Origin: Octopus vulgaris
Lineage: Eukaryota
Assembly: GCA_951406725.2 (NCBI GenBank)
Contig: OX597831.1
Span: 80,414,001 to 80,478,000, forward strand
Direction of reading: 5' to 3'
Length of the DNA: 64,000 nucleotides
Part shown: in pieces, positions 60,386-64,000 of the stretch
Layout of the letters: the number at the start of each line of letters is the position of its first letter
Position numbering within the stretch: the stretch's first letter is position 1
Position numbers and translations under genes: made by a program
The notes under the pieces: model-generated
What the model saw: only the letters and a program-made list of their open reading frames with translations
Databases searched by the model: none
What the model was told of the DNA's origin: nothing

Positions 60386-62417
60386 CGCCCGTCCCATTAT
60401 TGCTCATGGCTGCATTTAGTCAGATAGTTACCTACTTAGCGGTAGGCAGTAGCTACGACGGGGTTGGCGTGGCTGGCGTGGCTGGCAGAGCAACGAAGAG
60501 AGGGCGGTGCAGGTGGCGAAGACGACGACGACGACGACGAAGAGGAAGTGGTAGATGTTTGGCAATGGCGGGCGATCTGGTTAGCGGTATAGTAGGGTAA
60601 GAGAGAGGGAAAGAGAGAGAGAGATAGGGAGGGAGTGAGAGAGAGAGTGTAAGGGAGAGAGAGAGTAAGAGAGAGAGAAGAAAAAAGAGAGGGTATGTAT
60701 GAAAAGAGCTGGTGGCGGAGAGGGCGGTGAGGAGGGAGGTAGTTAGCGTGGTTGATTTAAGGTGTGTGGCGGGGTGGAGGATATGTAGAGGGACGGTGCA
60801 GAACAGGGGTCGGAGCGGTGGGCGAGTCGGGGGAGGGACCGGGGGGGAAGCGGTTTCGGTGTGGGGACTGGGGGTGGACGGATTAGGGGTTGTGTTTCGT
60901 TCGGATGGATGTATCGGGGTGTTTGGTTTGTTTCGGTTAGCATGTTTTCAAATGTGGAGGTGAGGAGAAACAGGGCCCCCGCCCCCTCCATTCCACCCGG
61001 GACCCCCACCCGCCGCCACCGCAAACCGTGTCATTTTGATAGCGCCAGATGTAAAGTTGTTTATTGGCGTTAAGGACACGGTATGGGATAAACTACTGCT
61101 TAATTAATTTACCTAATCAGGAACCGAGTAAACCGATCCTTCTCCAAATATTATTGTATGTCTTTAAGGCTCTTCTAAGAAACAAGCCCCTACCGCCACC
61201 GCCGCCGCCACCACCACTACCACCACTACCACTACCACCGCCACCGCCGCCGCCACCACCACCACCACTACCACCACTACCACCACCACCGCCACCACCA
61301 CCACGACCACCACCACCACCACCACCACCACCACTACCACCACTACCACCACTACCACTACCACCACCACCACTACCACCACCACCACTACCACCACCAC
61401 TGCTATCACTGTCACCGCTACTACAACGAGCAACATTACTGTTGGTTTTAACCGGTACCACTACTATCACCACCACCACCACCACCACTGCCACCACTAC
61501 CGCCACTACTACTACCACCATAACTGCCACTACCACCACCAACACAACTATCGCCACCACCACCAAGGCAACTACCGTTTCCAACACAACTACCACTACT
61601 GACATCACAGTCACTACCATTACCACCCTACTATTAACACTACTACTACTACTACTACTACCACTACCTTACTGCTACTATCTGTAACACCACCACCACT
61701 ATCACCACTTCTACAATAAGAACTACCACCAGCACCGTTACCACCCCACTACCACCACCACCACCACCACCACCACCTTGTCTACCTCAGCACCAGACTA
61801 GACCCCTCTACCCGCTGTCACCACCGCCGCCGCTACCACAATCATCTTCATCATCATCGTCATCATCGTCATCATCGTCATCACCTTCTTCTACTTCTCC
61901 TTCTTCTACTTCCTCTTCCGCCGCCTACTCCTCCTCCTACTACTACTACTGCTGCTCCTTCTGTTGCTATTCTTCACCAACACCGCCATCACCATCATCA
62001 TTATCAACCACATCATCATCATCATCATTACTATCACCATCACCCACTACCCTCTTCTATTAAATCCACCCTCGAAATACACTGCTGCTGCTGCTGCTGT
62101 TCTTACCAGCGGCACCCATCGCTGGTTCTTCCCTCGACGAATATTCCATTATCGCCATCATCAACACCACGCCGCCATCTTCAACACACACACACACACA
62201 CACACTTCAGCACTGCGAATACCATCACCACTACCACCGCCACCACCACCACCACCACCACCATCACCGCCATCTTCACTGTACACCACCTCACTCCACA
62301 TCCAAACTACCCCCACCACCGCACGACCCAATTAGATAGGGGCAGAAACCCCGAACTACGGAGAAGCATATATGGTACACACACACTTATAGATATATAT
62401 CAATATATGTGTATATA

Positions 62418-62472
<55 letters not shown>

Positions 62473-62474
62473 GC

Positions 62475-62592
<118 letters not shown>

Positions 62593-62616
62593 GTATGTAT
62601 ATATATATATATATAT

Positions 62617-62691
<75 letters not shown>

Positions 62692-63070
62692 ATATGTATA
62701 CGTATGTATGTATATATGTATATATATATATTTTTATATATATATATATATCCGTACATCTATGCGTGCATACACATACCTATACACGCCCCACAACTTG
62801 TGTTCTAATAAAATCATCTGTTTGTACATCCACCCCTCCTTTCTCTACTTTGATTTGCTCACTCCCTCCTCCACACACACACGGACGTACGAACACACAC
62901 ACATACACACGCACGCACACACACACACAAACGCGCACGCAGACGTATTCACACACATAGATGCATTCCTAAATACACACACGTACATATGTACCTACAT
63001 AAAAACACACTCATACATAGACCAACACACATTCATTCACCCTCACACATACACACACACACATTGAAAC

Positions 63071-63102
<32 letters not shown>

Positions 63103-63509
63103 GCACGCACCTACCCTCTTCTCTTCTCTAGTCTACACTAACATTCACACCTACCCGTTTTAGACCAACCCACTTTCTATACTGATTCATATCATATCTA
63201 CCCTTCCACCATAAACCAAATTATAAATGAACAATGAATAAAAAAAAAACGAAAATTTAAACCAATAACCTACTTCACAAAGAACGTACCCTTTCTCTTG
63301 CATCCACCCGAAAACACCCTTATTACACGATTGCTAAAAACGCTACGTTTAAAATACCACTCATCCTAAAGTGTTACCCGACAAAAGAAATAATGCCTTC
63401 GAAACATTCTAGCTACCCGAAATGACACAAGATTCCACCCTCTCCGTAATTCCACCCCGCATTCCAAGCACGTATACACTACCCCAATCTTTTTTAATTT
63501 TTTATTTTA

Positions 63510-63825
63510 TGTTAGTATCTGTCATTAGACTGCGGCCATGCTGGGGCACCGCCTTGAAGAATTTTTAGTGAATCGAATCTACCGCTATATTGCAGTGACG
63601 TAAACACGCCAACACCGGTTGTCAAGCGCAATGCGAGACAAGTACACACACACACGTTTATATAATTATATTCTTTTATTCTTTTACTGGTTTCTGTCAT
63701 TTTCACTGCGGTCATGCTGGAGCACCGCCTTAAAGGGTTTTTTTTTTTCCATTGTAAACCTAGTACTTATTCCAACGGGCTATATTGCTGAACCGCTAAG
63801 TTAAGGCGACATAAACACACTAACC
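63510..63825 (-). mobile_element. Two degraded SINE family A 3' halves
   Basis: The motif ctgcggccatgctgg(g/a)gcaccgcctt occurs twice (with small variations). Confidence 0.7.
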
Positions 63826-63964
63826 GATGCAATCAATCTACCCCCCTAAATTCCTCCCCTTATAACACCGATTCATACTCTCGAATCTAGTCCCATTACA
63901 TAGCAATTAACTGATGAATGCAACGCCAATTAATTATTTAGCAGACATAATCTGTCGAAAACCC

Positions 63965-64000
<36 letters not shown>

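Overview
This is repeat-saturated eukaryotic non-coding DNA. The SINE and microsatellite content resembles octopus/coleoid cephalopod genomes, which is an inference. I found no intact host protein-coding gene, and almost all ORF-track entries are translations of (TA)n, (CA)n, (GATA)n, (CATA)n, (AAT)n or (GGT)n microsatellites. The real coding remnants are all transposon-derived: a near full-length broken RTE LINE, an older RTE fragment, three CR1-like 3' fragments, a Tx1/L1-clade LINE inside (ATT)n, a Penelope-like GIY-YIG fragment, a probable RLE-LINE relic, and DD37D and mariner transposase relics. Three tRNA-derived SINE families are present, and each has a 3' tail resembling a LINE found in the window (CR1 and Tx1 clearly, RTE weakly). 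The most unusual signal is a repeated head-to-head element made of a tRNA-like Pol III head, (AAT)n and a tail carrying a Penelope-type minimal hammerhead ribozyme. Other notable signals are about ten hammerhead-like motifs, a Tx1-tailed SINE repeatedly joined at one site inside related SINE copies (once with a 14-bp TSD), and a ~1 kb foldback element.
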